61,376 nucleotides of DNA, from positions 32,271,960 through 32,333,335 of the forward strand of contig JASCQW010000043.1 of the NCBI GenBank assembly GCA_030264375.1, written 5' to 3'. Of this stretch, positions 23,240-35,607 are shown one piece after another (within the stretch, counting starts at the first letter, position 1; every line of letters starts with the position of its first letter). The DNA comes from Carcharhinus longimanus. Taxonomy: Eukaryota. The position numbers and the translations under genes were made by a program. The notes under the pieces are model-generated. The model did not search any database. It saw only the letters and a program-made list of their open reading frames with translations, and was not told where the DNA came from.

Positions 23240-23550
23240 TTCCACTGAGAGACACAGTATTCAAACAGTTGAAGGTGACTATATTGAGATATATGGCATT
23301 CTCAGGGGACTTGACAGGGTAGATGCTGAGAGGTTGTTTCACCTTGTGACAAAGGTGGAATTTTGCCATCCAGCTTGCCACAGAAATCTGAGTGGGTGGA
23401 CCATGGAGAGGTCTGTTTAACCTCAGGTGAGATTTTCCAGTTTTGGGGCAATTGAGGCCAGAAATTCCCTCCCTAAAATCAGAGGGCATAATCTCAGAGA
23501 AAGAGGTCATCCATGTAAGTCAGAGGTGGGGAGGACTTTCTTCTCTTATA
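23240..23550 (+). mobile_element. CR1 ORF2 3' fragment interrupted by a MITE
   Basis: DRVDAERLFHLV | insert | KIRGHNLR...RTFFS. Confidence 0.7.
23353..23473. mobile_element. MITE (about 120 bp), candidate PIF/Harbinger (Tourist-like)
   Basis: TIRs AGGTGGAATTT / AAATTCCCTCCC; flanks CAA/TAA; splits a CR1 reading frame; homologous to 49866-49999. Confidence 0.7.
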
Positions 23551-23574
23551 GAAGATCTTAGTGTCATTACAGAT

Positions 23575-24249
23575 TAAACTAAGAGTGGCGGCACAGTGGA
23601 CAGTGAAGTAAGTTATCTCCAATTCCAACGGGGTCTTGATCAATTGGGCCAGTGGGCTGATGAATAGCAGATGGAGTTTAATTTAGACAAGTATGAGGTG
23701 ATGCATTTTGGTAGATTGAACCAGGGCAGGACTTATTCAGTTAATTCAGTAGGGGGTTGGGGAGAGTTACAGAACAAAGAAATCTAGAGGTACAAAGAAA
23801 TCTGGAAGCTCCTTGAAAGTGGAGTCACAGGTGGACAGAGTGGTAAAGAAGGCATTTGGCATGCTTGGTTTCATCGGTCAGAACACTGAATACAGGAGTT
23901 GGGACTCCTTGTTGAAGTTGTACAAGACACACTTGGAATCAATACTGTGTGCAATTCTGGTCACTTTATTATAGAAAGGGTATTATTAAACTAGAAAGAG
24001 CGCAGAAAAGATTTACTAGGATGTTACCGGGACATGATGGATTGAGTTATAATAGAGGCTGGATAGACTGGGACTTCTTTCACTGGAGCGTAGGAGGCTG
24101 AGGGGTGATCTTGCAGAGGTCTAAGATAACAAGGGGCATAGACAGGTAGATAGTCAGTATCTTTTCCCAAAGGTAGGGGAGTCTAAAGCTAACAGCATAG
24201 GTTTAAGGTGAGATGAGAGAGAGATACAAAAGTGTCCAGAGGGGCAATT
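23575..24249 (+). mobile_element. CR1 (HER1-like) LINE RT C-terminal part, runs into gap
   Basis: VDSE..YLQ.Q..LDQLGQWADE.QMEFN..K.EVMHFGR; YCVQFWS; LERAQKRFTRMLPG. Confidence 0.9.
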
Positions 24250-24409
24250 NNNNNNNNNNNNNNNNNNNNNNNNNNNNNNNNNNNNNNNNNNNNNNNNNNN
24301 NNNNNNNNNNNNNNNNNNNNNNNNNNNNNNNNNNNNNNNNNNNNNNNNNTTTTTTGTATCCCGGACTCCTCTTCCTCCCTTGCACGTAATCTTGTGTCTT
24401 GTGTTGCAG

Positions 24410-25702
24410 GGACAGATCCAGATGCTGGGGCCTTCTGGCACAATGGCCCCCACTGCAGCTCCCAACCATCATGCTCCAGATAACTGGAGGAGTCCTTGGA
24501 GATATGGCTGAAGGGACTTCTCAGGGTGGCACCATTTTGGTGTCAGCTTCTGCCTCGCAGTTCACCATCCCAGATACTGCCACGTTGGTAGGTCCAGTTA
24601 GTGGTGACTGGGGCACTCTCTGGTGAGCATGACACACCTGCTGATGTACATCGGGTGGAGGAGGGAATGTCCGAGGCCTCTGGCACATGGGGGCCTGCTG
24701 GAGGCAAGGGCTCAGCTGGCTGCAGGCTACGTGTTGGGCCTCTCAGATCATTTTTCCCTCAGCTGCTGAAGATGCAGCAACAGAGCCAGGGAATGCAGGA
24801 GGGTTTGGTAACCACACTGGACCAACTGCAAGGCTGTTGAGAGGAATCTCAAAGCTATCAGACGGACCAGCTGTTGCCTGCCTTGTGTGGTTCCCAGGCC
24901 AACACTGCAAGGGTGGCGTACATGGTGGAAAACCTGGGACAGGAAATCCTTACCACGAGTGACAGGCTCCAAGCACTGGCCGAATCACATCGGGCCACAG
25001 CGGAGTCTGAGAGGGCCATGGCTGGATCACAGTGAGCCACAGCTGAGGGTCCCAACAGGATTCTTGTGGATCTGCAGCAAATGGCTGAGAGGCTCAAGAA
25101 CTTGCAGGCGACCCAATGGGACGGTGCTGGGACACAGCAGGCTATGGCAGCAGCCCTTGAGAACGTGACCCAGTCACAGAGAGTCATGACTGAGGGGCTG
25201 CAGAGTGCGGATAGTCTCAGAGGGCACTTGCTGCAGCCATTGACAGGTGACCCCTGACTCCGGTCACCAACGCTGAGGGCAGGTGGTCCTCCAGGGCTTG
25301 AGGGGGCAGGTGACGCTGAAGCTTCTGGAGCTTACTGCAGAAGCACTGTCGTTCCATGGAGTGACCCAGGAACCCGCAGGAACCCTAAGGGAGGAGGAAG
25401 GGCTTGAGCTCATGCCAGGGCCTTCCAGCTAGGAGACAGTGACTGTGGCTACACCTTCTGACTCCCCCTTTCCTGACACCAGGGCATCTCAGGGGCAGCA
25501 GGATGAAGAGGGTGTCATGGAAATGTCTCAGATACCTGGAAGCAGGCCAGGAGCCTCAAGATCCAGGACCTCCAGAGGACGCCCGCCAAGCGCATCACAG
25601 GCAAGGGGTGAGGTAGGCAGCTGGCCCCCCTCCACCTCTGATGTACATTCTGGGGAGTCACTGAGATGTAGTTGTAGGCCATGTAAGATTAGGAAGTTAT
25701 AG
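24410..25702 (+). pseudogene. Last exon of the Harbinger accessory gene (expected Myb/SANT partner), decayed
   Basis: Splice acceptor TCTTGTGTCTTGTGTTGCAG ending 24409; one frame 24601-25257 broken only by two TGA codons; heptads LAESHRA-TAESERA-MAGSQ*A; basic C-terminus RPCKIRKL*. The Myb domain itself is not visible. Confidence 0.55.
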
Positions 25703-26297
25703 TTAATTGGGAGGGGTGAAGGGCTGCACTAGTTAGGTAGATCTTTAAGCACCTTAACATTTTCTGTTCACACGTTTTTATGTTACAACTTATTATTTAA
25801 ACACTTTTGTTGCCATTATTAAATGTTTTTCACTTCTCACCTGTGACTAATTTGCCTCAGGTTTGTTTCGAATAGGAATCCTCTTCCATTGATGATCGTT
25901 GGAGGGATGCTTCATGTTGATGTCAGTTGGGGAGGCCCTTCAATGCTGTGTCACTGAGAAAATGAAGTCATTGATTCCCCAGAACCCATGAGCGATTCCC
26001 TCCCCTCCCCACCCCACTTGGCCCAGGGTCCTGTAGGGGGGTTTCAGATTCCTTACCCACTGCACAGACGTGGGCCCAGGTGCCAGTGTGCAGGCGGAGC
26101 TCGGATAGGAGTCAGACTAGTTTGTACCAGGACATCATCATAATGGTGCTTAGCAAGTCGTCATCACACTGCTGCCTGTGAAAGTTACCCGTGAACACAG
26201 AGTACCCAGACCCACCACTCTGGTTTGACAATGTTGCAGGATATTGAAGGACTTTGGGAAGGGGGGGGTAGGAAATAGAACCCACAGACACAGGCCC

Positions 26298-27514
26298 TTA
26301 GTGACTGAACCAACTGATAACCAGGGCCTCCCTATCCACCCTCACATGTCTCATTCTATTTGCCAGCCCTGCAGCGCCTGGGTGGTGTTGCTTGGCGTGC
26401 TCTTCCTCTTCTTCCTCCTCTTCCTCCTCCTTCTGCTGGGCAGCCTCCTCCATGGCTACATCTGGCTGGTCAGCCTCCATGTCCTCCTCCTTTTCCTCAT
26501 CCAATAGGCCACCTCTCTGCTGTGCCAGGCAGGGCACAGCACACCACCACAGTGCAGGAGGAGATCAAGGGGGCTGTATTGTAGAGCCCTGCCAGAGTGA
26601 TCCGAGCACCAGAATCGCAATTTGAGGAACCCAATGCACCTCTCCACTATCTCATGGGCCTCATTATAGCGGGCCTCCACCTCCACACAGGCGTCATTAG
26701 CCAGGTCCAAAGCAGGAGCTGCTCCCACAGCCTGGGCTGCTCCTCAAATACCTCCGGTATGTCAGAGCTCCTGCGAATGAAGCTGTCGTGCACATTGCCT
26801 GGGTGTCTCATGCAGACATGCATAATACTGATATTGTGGTCAAACGTTGGTTGGACATTCAGGAAGTGGAACCCCTTTCTGTTGATGAATTTTCATGGAT
26901 TTTGCAGTGGGGCCTTGAGGGCGACGTGTGTGCAGTCGCTGGCCCCCTTGTTCATTAGGCATCCCCACAATGGCCGTGAATCCTGCAGCCCGAGCTTCCT
27001 GCTGGGCCTGGTCCAGATTAAATTTGATGTACTGCCCAGCCCAGGCACACAGGGCTTCAGTGACCTGCTTGAGACAGATTTGCACAGCTGACTAGGAAAT
27101 GCCACATTCATCTCTGCTAGGGGTCTGGAAGGAGTCAGTTGCATAAAAGTTCAGAGTGGCCGTCATTTTGATAGCTACAGAGTTTGGGTGCCCCCACCCC
27201 CACCCCTGCCCCAAGATGCCAGGTCCTGCAACAGGTAGCACAGGTATTGCATGGTCTCCTTCCGGAGGCAGAGCCATCGGCGGCACACAGTGCCCAACAT
27301 CTGTTCAAATGACATTCACGCACAGAACTGCCAGGATCACCACTCCCTCCTTCTCCTGCCCCCACCTCTGGGTCACCTCCTGCCTCTGGTGGTCGTCTCC
27401 CTTGGCTCCTGTGAGTGGTGAGGCCTGGGCCTCCTGTCCCTACAATTCTTCCTCCTGCTCCTCCTCCTCAGCTCCAGCTGCAACCAAAACAACAGCAAGA
27501 TCAATCTCTTGCAT
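26298..27514 (-). pseudogene. Harbinger DDE transposase (HARBI1-like), inactive
   Basis: LNFYATDSFQ, DCTHVALKAP, KGFH.LNVQ, PGNVHDSFI, WLMTP, RYNEAH, VERCIGFLKLRF, LQYSP; several frameshifts; GDxGY motif deleted. Confidence 0.92.
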
Positions 27515-27869
27515 CACAAAAGCCACATGCTCCCCAGAACCACAGACCCCCCCATTTCCCCACATTCTTCCCAGAATCGCAGACGCCAATTCCCCCACCC
27601 ACATGCTCCCCACAATCACAGCCCCCCCATTTCCCCACATTNNNNNNNNNNNNNNNNNNNNNNNNNNNNNNNNNNNNNNNNNNNNNNNNNNNNNNNNNNN
27701 NNNNNNNNNNNNNNNNNNNNNNNNNNNNNNNNNNNNNNNNNACTCTTATTGAGAAGTCAAAAAAAAATAAAAGGTTTGGGCAGCATGGTTTTGACTGAGG
27801 CACCCAAAATGACAACGGCAAAACCTGCCAAGTCCCCCTTCCCAACATCTGGGGGTTCATGTGAAAATT

Positions 27870-28045
27870 GACAGATCTGTCCAACAGACTATTTGAGCAA
27901 CTCAGGTATAGTCATGTTCACCAAATCACTCCGCAGGGAGTATCCCAGACACTGTCATCACAAGGTCTGGGTACATCCCATCTCTCCAACTCTGGTCTCA
28001 TGGCTTCAGATCAGGGAAACCTGCTGATTACCAGCTATCACCCCC
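27870..28045 (+). mobile_element. CR1-clade LINE endonuclease fragment
   Basis: PDTVIT..GY; QGNLLITSYHP, an APE-domain YRPP-type motif. Confidence 0.5.
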
Positions 28046-28099
28046 TTCCCTCAGATATGAGATAATGTCAGAGATTTGTACTGGAAAGAATTCCCCTGC

Positions 28100-28250
28100 C
28101 ATTGGGAACAACTTACCCTGTCAAGCCCCTTCAGGGCGTTTGTGTGTATCAATGAGATCACCTCTCATTCTTCTAAACTCCCAGACTGTTGGCCCAGTCT
28201 ACCCACCCTCTTTTCAGAAAACAACGATCTGTTCTCAGAGACCTATCTAT
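28100..28250 (-). mobile_element. CR1 fragment
   Basis: ACCCTGTCAAGCCCC...TCAATGAGATCACCTCTCATTCTTCTAAACTCC, reverse of LEFRRMRGDLIE. Confidence 0.65.
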
Positions 28251-28329
28251 TAATGTACAGCTTAGGTAGATCACAACTTAATACAGAATCTTAACCCATG
28301 ACTTCCACGATGTGTTACAGTACATGCAT

Positions 28330-28489
28330 GCGTGTTAGGTTGATTGGTCATGCTAAATTGCCACTTAGTATTGGGGGATTAACAGGGTAAATATGTGGAG
28401 TTATTGGGGATAGGGGCTGGGAGGGATTGCAGTGGTGCAGACTTGATGGGCTGAATGGCCTCCTTCTGCACTGTAGGGATTCTATGATT
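28330..28489 (+). mobile_element. HE1-type V-SINE 3' half
   Basis: GTTAGGTTGATTGGTCATGCTAAATTGCC...CTGTAGGGATTCTATGATT. Confidence 0.85.
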
Positions 28490-28639
28490 AACTTGTCCAC
28501 GCAAATATTACATCCAAGCACACAACTGAGCATCCATCTGGCTAAGTGTGCTTATTTACTCATGCACACCATCTGCTCTTTCCACAAAGCTAGTGGAATA
28601 CAGTCACCTTCTGTACCAAGGAGGAAGTTACGCTGGTTC

Positions 28640-28935
28640 GCCATTAGGGATCAACATCGATGGCCTTCCATTTCCATCCTGTTATCTCCCACGGTGACCC
28701 CCTACGGTCTATCCATGGCCCCGTCCTGTTTCTCACCTTCATGCTCCCCCTCGGCAACATCCTCTAAAAGCACTGTTAGTCATCTTGTATGTTGACAACA
28801 CCCAAATTGACCTGACAATCACCTCTCTTGATCGTGCCATGGTTGCTAAATTATCAGGCTCCTTTTCTGACATCCAGTACTCGAGGTGCCAAAACATTCC
28901 CCAATTAAATATTGGGAAAATCAAAGCCATTAGCC
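28640..28935 (+). mobile_element. L2 LINE RT fragment
   Basis: YVDNTQI (YADD motif), QLNIGK.KAI. Confidence 0.7.
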
Positions 28936-29536
28936 TAAGCCTTCTGGTCCCACCCACTGCAGTATTGTTATGGGAAAATAGGGAAATTTTCAGAAATGGC
29001 CAATTGTGTCTTAAACTAAGACAATTCAAAACTCAAATATCTCTTCTAAAACATGTAACAAATTTATTAAATATAAAATGTAAGACAACACAACGCACAG
29101 CCCACCAGAATCTTACTGAAGAGTTAAATCGCTCAAAGGACAGAGCAACAGAACCTTTCTGAAAGAACTAAATTATAAATAGATCAATTATACGTTTTCA
29201 TAATCAATAATTCCGCTTTTCATTAGTTGAAAATCAATTCTTTTTAACAGTTTTACATTGATACAAATCTTTGTCAGATACCTGAGCTAATCATAAGAAA
29301 CTTGATAGCATGGCGATATTTTATTCATCCAATTGATTCCGGATGAGGTCTCCCTTTTGGCACTCACTAACATTCTGTCGCTTAGGAATGGCAGACACTA
29401 CTGCAATGGACAACCCCACCGGCTCACTGCCAAGTTGAATAAACATGCGTTTCTGTGTACAGGTTCATATCTATTTTGTGTCTGGACAATGAATGCACCT
29501 ATTCATAATTTTGCATCATACATCCCCTCTTAGGGA

Positions 29537-29758
29537 TGTCACCCGATATGACTTGCCGACTAGATTTCCATAAAAAGAATGAGTTGCTATGTGGTTTTGT
29601 AGAAAACTAGCAGCGGGTTTATTAAGAGACGTTCACTATAGAGGGCGGGATCTTGACTGGAGCAAAGCCCGTGAAATACTTGATGACGTCACAGAGTAAT
29701 CACATGATCACATTTGTAAACTGGTCATGCAAAAATGCAACAACTGAAATAAATAACG
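29537..29758 (-). mobile_element. 3' LTR of a Gypsy-type retrotransposon
   Basis: Minus strand: polypurine tract GAAGTAAAGGGGA, then CGTTA...TGACA termini (TG expected at the start); AATAAA at 29618-29623; CRE TGACGTCA at 29684-29691. Confidence 0.7.
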
Positions 29759-29844
29759 TCCCCTTTACTTCTAAGGTCCATAACAACAAATAACTATCGT
29801 ATTCAGAATACAGCAGACAATGCAGTATTACACTAACAATACAA

Positions 29845-30178
29845 TCAATAGGAAAAACAATTTGGTCGGTGTTAATTTCTCACTAGTTGCCTGCGCACTT
29901 CAGGGATTTGGTTGTTCTTGATCTTAGATGTTCTCTCAGGAACTTCAGAGGATGTCTCTCCCTTGGAAAGCATAACTGTCTCTTTTGCCTAAAGAAAACT
30001 AGTAGCAGTAAGAGATTCTTCAGCAATCTCGGTTTGTGCTGATAGACCCAAAGTTACGATATCCAATGATATGGAATGCAGTTCATCCCAAGGTGGTTCT
30101 GGCATGCACACTGCTGATAAGTTGTTAGCTACGTGCATCAATACATCAGCATGTTGTCTCCACACTAGTTCATCTTCA
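29845..30178 (-). pseudogene. Gypsy integrase C-terminal tail remnant
   Basis: LVWRQHADVL (WRRHxDQL type) ... VRRQLVRN*HRPNCFSY* (RRxxRxRxPPxRLxY type); cut off at a SINE. Confidence 0.7.
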
Positions 30179-30497
30179 TAGAATTATAGAATCCTACAGT
30201 GCAGACGGAGGTCATTCGGCTCATCGAGTCTGCACTGACCACAGTCCCACCCTGGTCCTATCCCCATAACCCCATGCATTTACCCTAGCTAGGTCCCCTG
30301 ACACTAAGGGACAATTTAGCATGGCCAATCCACCTAACCCACATTTCTTTGGAACGTGAGAGGAAACCAGAGCATCAGAGGAAACCCATGCAGACATGGG
30401 GAGAACATGCAAGCTCCACACAGACAGTGACCCAAGCTGGGAATTGAACCTGGGTCCCTGGCGCTGTGAGACAGCAGTGCTAACCATTGTGCTGCCC
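30177..30497 (-). mobile_element. HE1-type V-SINE, full length
   Basis: Reverse-complement tail, V-domain and tRNA head. Confidence 0.92.
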
Positions 30498-31627
30498 TGT
30501 CTGCTTTTAAGGTTGGCAGGCGAGCCAATGGGCCAGATGCCTTTACACTTAAGCTTCAACCTTGATCCTGGTAGACTGAATTTTTCAGGCTGAAATTAAG
30601 TTAAAAAAGGAGTCTGGGGACTGAGTTTAGTCTCTGAATGTGCTGTCTAGACACACTTTGCAGAATTTTTCCATAGCTATTTATTTTTCATGGATCTTCA
30701 GCTCCTGAGACAGTCCCACAGTGGCTATCCCTCTGAGGGAGCACATTAGAAGCGCTGGCCCGCACCCTCCTCCCTTTTCTCAGCTGCCACCCTCTCCCCA
30801 CCATCCTGGGCATCCTCAGCCTTTCACAGGGTGTCCATTAATTTGTCAGATAGCGTAAAATTGCTTTCTGGGACTAACCATGGCCAGGAATGCATTTCAT
30901 ACCCGTTTCCTGGACCATTGAGTGTGAATACCCAATGAAGCAAATAATTTGGATCAGGAGAAAGTTTATTTCACCTGCTGTTCACACCGTGCTCACACTG
31001 CAGCCAAGTTGGAGAACTTGGCAGCCAGCCAAATCTCCGTTCACTGCGGCAGGATGGGAAAATCCCATTGACGTGAATGGTGGTAAGATTCCTGTGTAAA
31101 GCTGAAAATGCTTTCAACTTACATTTCATCCTATAATGAACCCAAATTAAGGGGCAGATTTTCCTTTACTCTTCCACCCATTTTAGGATGAATCTGGGGT
31201 GTACAATGAGACACAGAAGTTGGGCAGGGAGTCAAGCTGTCACAATTCTGTCACTTCATAACACATTTGCAATTTCTGTTTACAAATATTCACTCATACA
31301 TTTATTTTGTGCAGGAATACAGCAAATAATTATATGTCATTTGACACATTCCCTGTTATTTGCTTGATACCAATGCTCGAGAGGCGGGAATGCCATGTGT
31401 TTCTGGCAAGCATGGTTACTGTGATTTTGTAGGGAATGAGAAATTATATTTTAAAAGCTTTGACTATTTCCCTCCTGCACATCAGAGACTAGGAATACGA
31501 AATACCTCTGGAAGCATGCAAAAATTATTCAAACGGCCATCACCCCGGGAGATCGGCAGAGTGTGGGGCAAGGAAATGTGTCAGGTGAAAGTCCCAGCCA
31601 TACTGCTGAAGTTGCCTCATTATGGCA

Positions 31628-31880
31628 GTCAAAATATCTGTTCAATTCTTCTGCCATCTCCTTATTTTCCATTATTAATTCCCCAGATTCACTTTCTATA
31701 GAACCAATGCGCACCTTATTAAATGTCCATAGAAACTCTCACTATCTGTCTTTATATTTCTAGCTCACTCCACTCGTACTCTAATTTTTCTTTCCTTATT
31801 TATCTTTTGATCATTAATTTTTTATATTCCATTCAATCTTCTTATCTGCCACCCACATTTGCATAATTATGTGCTCAACT
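31628..31880 (-). mobile_element. CR1 ORF2 fragment
   Basis: RIGSIESESGELIMENKEMAEELNRYF. Confidence 0.75.
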
Positions 31881-32218
31881 TGCTCTATGATTTAAATGAA
31901 TCATGCACTGAAAGAGTGAGAACAGTGTTAACAGAACCCTGATCCCCAATGCTCCATGCATCTGTGACTTCCACCCCAGTACTTTCCATTACCTGTGTGA
32001 ATTTCTGCTCTCCCTCACACCACCCCTCTCTGACACTATGGTCACACCCCCCACACAGCTTCCTCTGTACTCCAGCAGGATAAATAGTGTTGAGCCTTCA
32101 TTATCTCATGGCATCTGACCTACACATTTCCCCATCCCCCACATTTCCCCACTGAAGAACACAATTCCCAAGCTTGCATTGAGCTAAAGTGCACCAGAGC
32201 ATAAATGACAACAAGATC

Positions 32219-32565
32219 GGGGTGGCACGGTAGCACAGTGGTTAGCACTACTGTTTCACAGCTCCAGGGACCTGGGTTCGATTCCTGGCTTGGGTCACTG
32301 TCTGTGTAGAGTTTGCATATTCTCCTTGTGTCTGGGTGGGTTTCCTCCGGGTGCTCTGGTTTCCTCCCACAGTCCAAAGATGTATGGGTTAGGTTGATTG
32401 GCCATGCTAAAGTTGCCCCTTAGTGTCCTGAGATGTGTAGGTTAGAGGGATTAGCAGGTAAATATGTAGGGATATAGGGTAGGGCCTAGGTGGGTTCGTG
32501 GCTGGTGCAGACTCGACGGGCCAAATAGCCTCTTTCTGCTCTGTAGGGTTTCTATGATTCTATGA
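32219..32565 (+). mobile_element. HE1-type V-SINE, full length
   Basis: A/B boxes (GGTTCGATTCC), V-domain, TTCTATGATTCTATGA tail. Confidence 0.93.
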
Positions 32566-33084
32566 CCTTCTATTGTGACAGGTGAGGTAGATGGACAAAT
32601 CCATGTTACTTCAGCCAATCATTAAAGTGTAATATTTGGCATGCTGAGTGTAATATACAAAATTAAGATGGATGAATACTCATCAAAAGTCTTTCAATTT
32701 AAAAAATTAGTAACGTGGACAAAATTTTAAAAAATCAAGTCTGTAAGTGATAATGAGAGAGACGGGCAGGGAAAATAATGAGGAAAACTATAGCCATATG
32801 TTGAAGATTTTCTGGGCCGGATGATGACAGATGCAATAAATGTGCATACATGTAAAATAATGAAAGTATTAGGCTAGGAACAAAGAGAGGGCATATGTCT
32901 TAGATAAAGCAGTGATGTTGTGTTTACCAAGAAAGAAAGCTAGGGATTATTATGGATAAATCTATGAAGTTAATCAGTGGTTTGCTGCTTTAAAAGGAAA
33001 AATAAGAAAATTTGTATAACATGAATTTAAATTGTTTATAACATTGTTATGGAAATTATTGATGAGACCTACTTTGTACTTTCT

Positions 33085-33190
33085 CTTTCATTTCCTTCTC
33101 TATGAGCAGTATGTTTTGCATGATTAGCACGCAAGAGACAATACTTTTCGCTGTATGTTAATACATGTGGCAATAATAAATCAAATCAAA
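33085..33190 (+). mobile_element. Rex1/Babar 3' tail
   Basis: AATACATGTGGCAATAATAAATCAAATCAAA. Confidence 0.7.
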
Positions 33191-33250
33191 AACTTATAGT
33201 CACTTAACCATAATTACAGTACTTTTCCCCTTAAGATATTACAATGCTTT

Positions 33251-33521
33251 CAATCATAGAATAGAATCATATAACCCCTACAGTGCAGAAGGTGGCCATT
33301 CAGCCCATCCAGTCTGCACTGACCACAATCCCCTGACACTCGCATCAATTTAGCATGGCCAATCAACCTAACCCACACATCTTTGGACGGTGAGAGGAAA
33401 CCCATGCAGACACAGGGGAAAAGTGCAGGCTCCATACAGACAGTGACCTGAGGCTAGAATTGAACCCAGCTCTCTGGCACTGTAAGGCAACAGTGTTAAC
33501 TGCTGTGCCACTGTGCCACCC
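33251..33521 (-). mobile_element. HE1-type V-SINE with internal deletions
   Basis: Reverse-complement tail and head CCACTGTGCCACCC. Confidence 0.88.
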
Positions 33522-34119
33522 CAAAGGCTAGAAGGCCACTTGATAGTAAATGGATTTCAATCTGCATGATGTCAGAACCATGGCAGTATAGAAGAGTTAC
33601 CAACATTTTTAAAACTAGCTTCAAAATTGTGAAGCTTAGGGAACAGGGTCTTGGATAGAACGTTCATGCTGAAAACATACTGGTAGTTATGAATTATGCA
33701 AAATTTTAAGGCAAAGGCTATCTTGAGACTTAACAGGAACTTTCATGAATTTGGAATGTGTTGATGTGAGGGCGATCGAGGACAAAAAGAGACCATTTGT
33801 CCTAGCTGAGGCCAAACACAAAATCATTCCCATGAAAAGAAAAATTAGTATAGGAGTGGAGAAATTGAAAAATATATCATAAGGCATTCATAATTTCAGA
33901 GAGTTGTGACTTGAAGATGATAAGGAGGTACAATAGCTTTTATCAGAGTCTACAGAACAAGGATTCCAGCAGAGCTGGCAGAGTTAAAACTCAATGTGGG
34001 TATTAATGCAACTGAACGGAGGTAAATTATTTAACAAAATTATTGAAATTGGAATTGGAGGAGAAAAGAGAGTCAAAAAGGCAGCTGCACTTTATTGAGC
34101 ATTTTTTTTTTTGCTTGGA

Positions 34120-34980
<861 letters not shown>

Positions 34981-35094
34981 ATTCCATGATTCTTAACAAT
35001 AAAATTGTGATGATTGGTTCTGTGATAATGCTACCCCTTTAATAGGCAATTTTTTGCATGCCATGTGATTGGGCTGGACCTTATGAAGTTCCTT

Positions 35095-35360
35095 TTCTCC
35101 ATTCACCCTCTCTCCATTCACATTGTCTGTACCTTTAAGACATGATTACCTGTAAAGAGTCGCATTCCAACTATTATTTTGTAAACTGAGTTTGTGTCGT
35201 TATATGCCCTGTTTGTGAACAGAACTCCCACTCACCTGATGAAGGAGCAGTTCTCTGAAAGCTTGTGGTTTGTGCTACCAAATAAACCTGTTAGACTTTA
35301 ACCTGATGTTGTGAGACTTTTTACTGTTCTTAGCCCAGTCCAACGCCAGCATCTCCACAC
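35095..35360 (+). mobile_element. Penelope-like terminal repeat (pLTR)
   Basis: Hammerhead core followed by AATAAACCTGTTAGACTTTAACCTGATGTTGTGAGACT; further copies at 18663 and 61237. Confidence 0.75.
35233..35267 (+). ncRNA. Minimal type I hammerhead ribozyme motif
   Basis: CAC-CUGAUGA-A-GGAG-CAGUU-CUCU-GAAA-GCUU-GUG: stem I CAC/GUG, 4-bp stem II with one G-U pair, palindromic AGCU stem III. Confidence 0.7.
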
Positions 35361-35607
35361 CCTATGGAGTGGCCATGTGAAAAGCGCTGTGAGGCAGCAG
35401 TGCTAACCACGGTGTCACTGTGCCACCCAGCTTCATCCCCACCAGAATTTCAAGACTACCAAAGGAAAATCAGAACATATATTTCCCCTTTCTCTTATGG
35501 ACTTTCAATCTTATCATTTCCACCTCCTCTACCCTGTAACTTGATCGGCTTTGCAACTAGTGTGCATGTTTGTGTGTGTGTGTGTCATGTGATTCAGGAT
35601 GTGACTT

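Larger units (their letters stand above)
24350..27641. mobile_element. PIF/Harbinger DNA transposon, internal part with two convergent genes, both ends in gaps
   Basis: GC-rich block with a Harbinger transposase on the minus strand and a second decayed ORF on the plus strand. Confidence 0.88.

Noticed and set aside
26244-27091. Plus-strand ORFs of 74-164 aa
   Set aside because: Antisense shadows of the GC-rich Harbinger transposase
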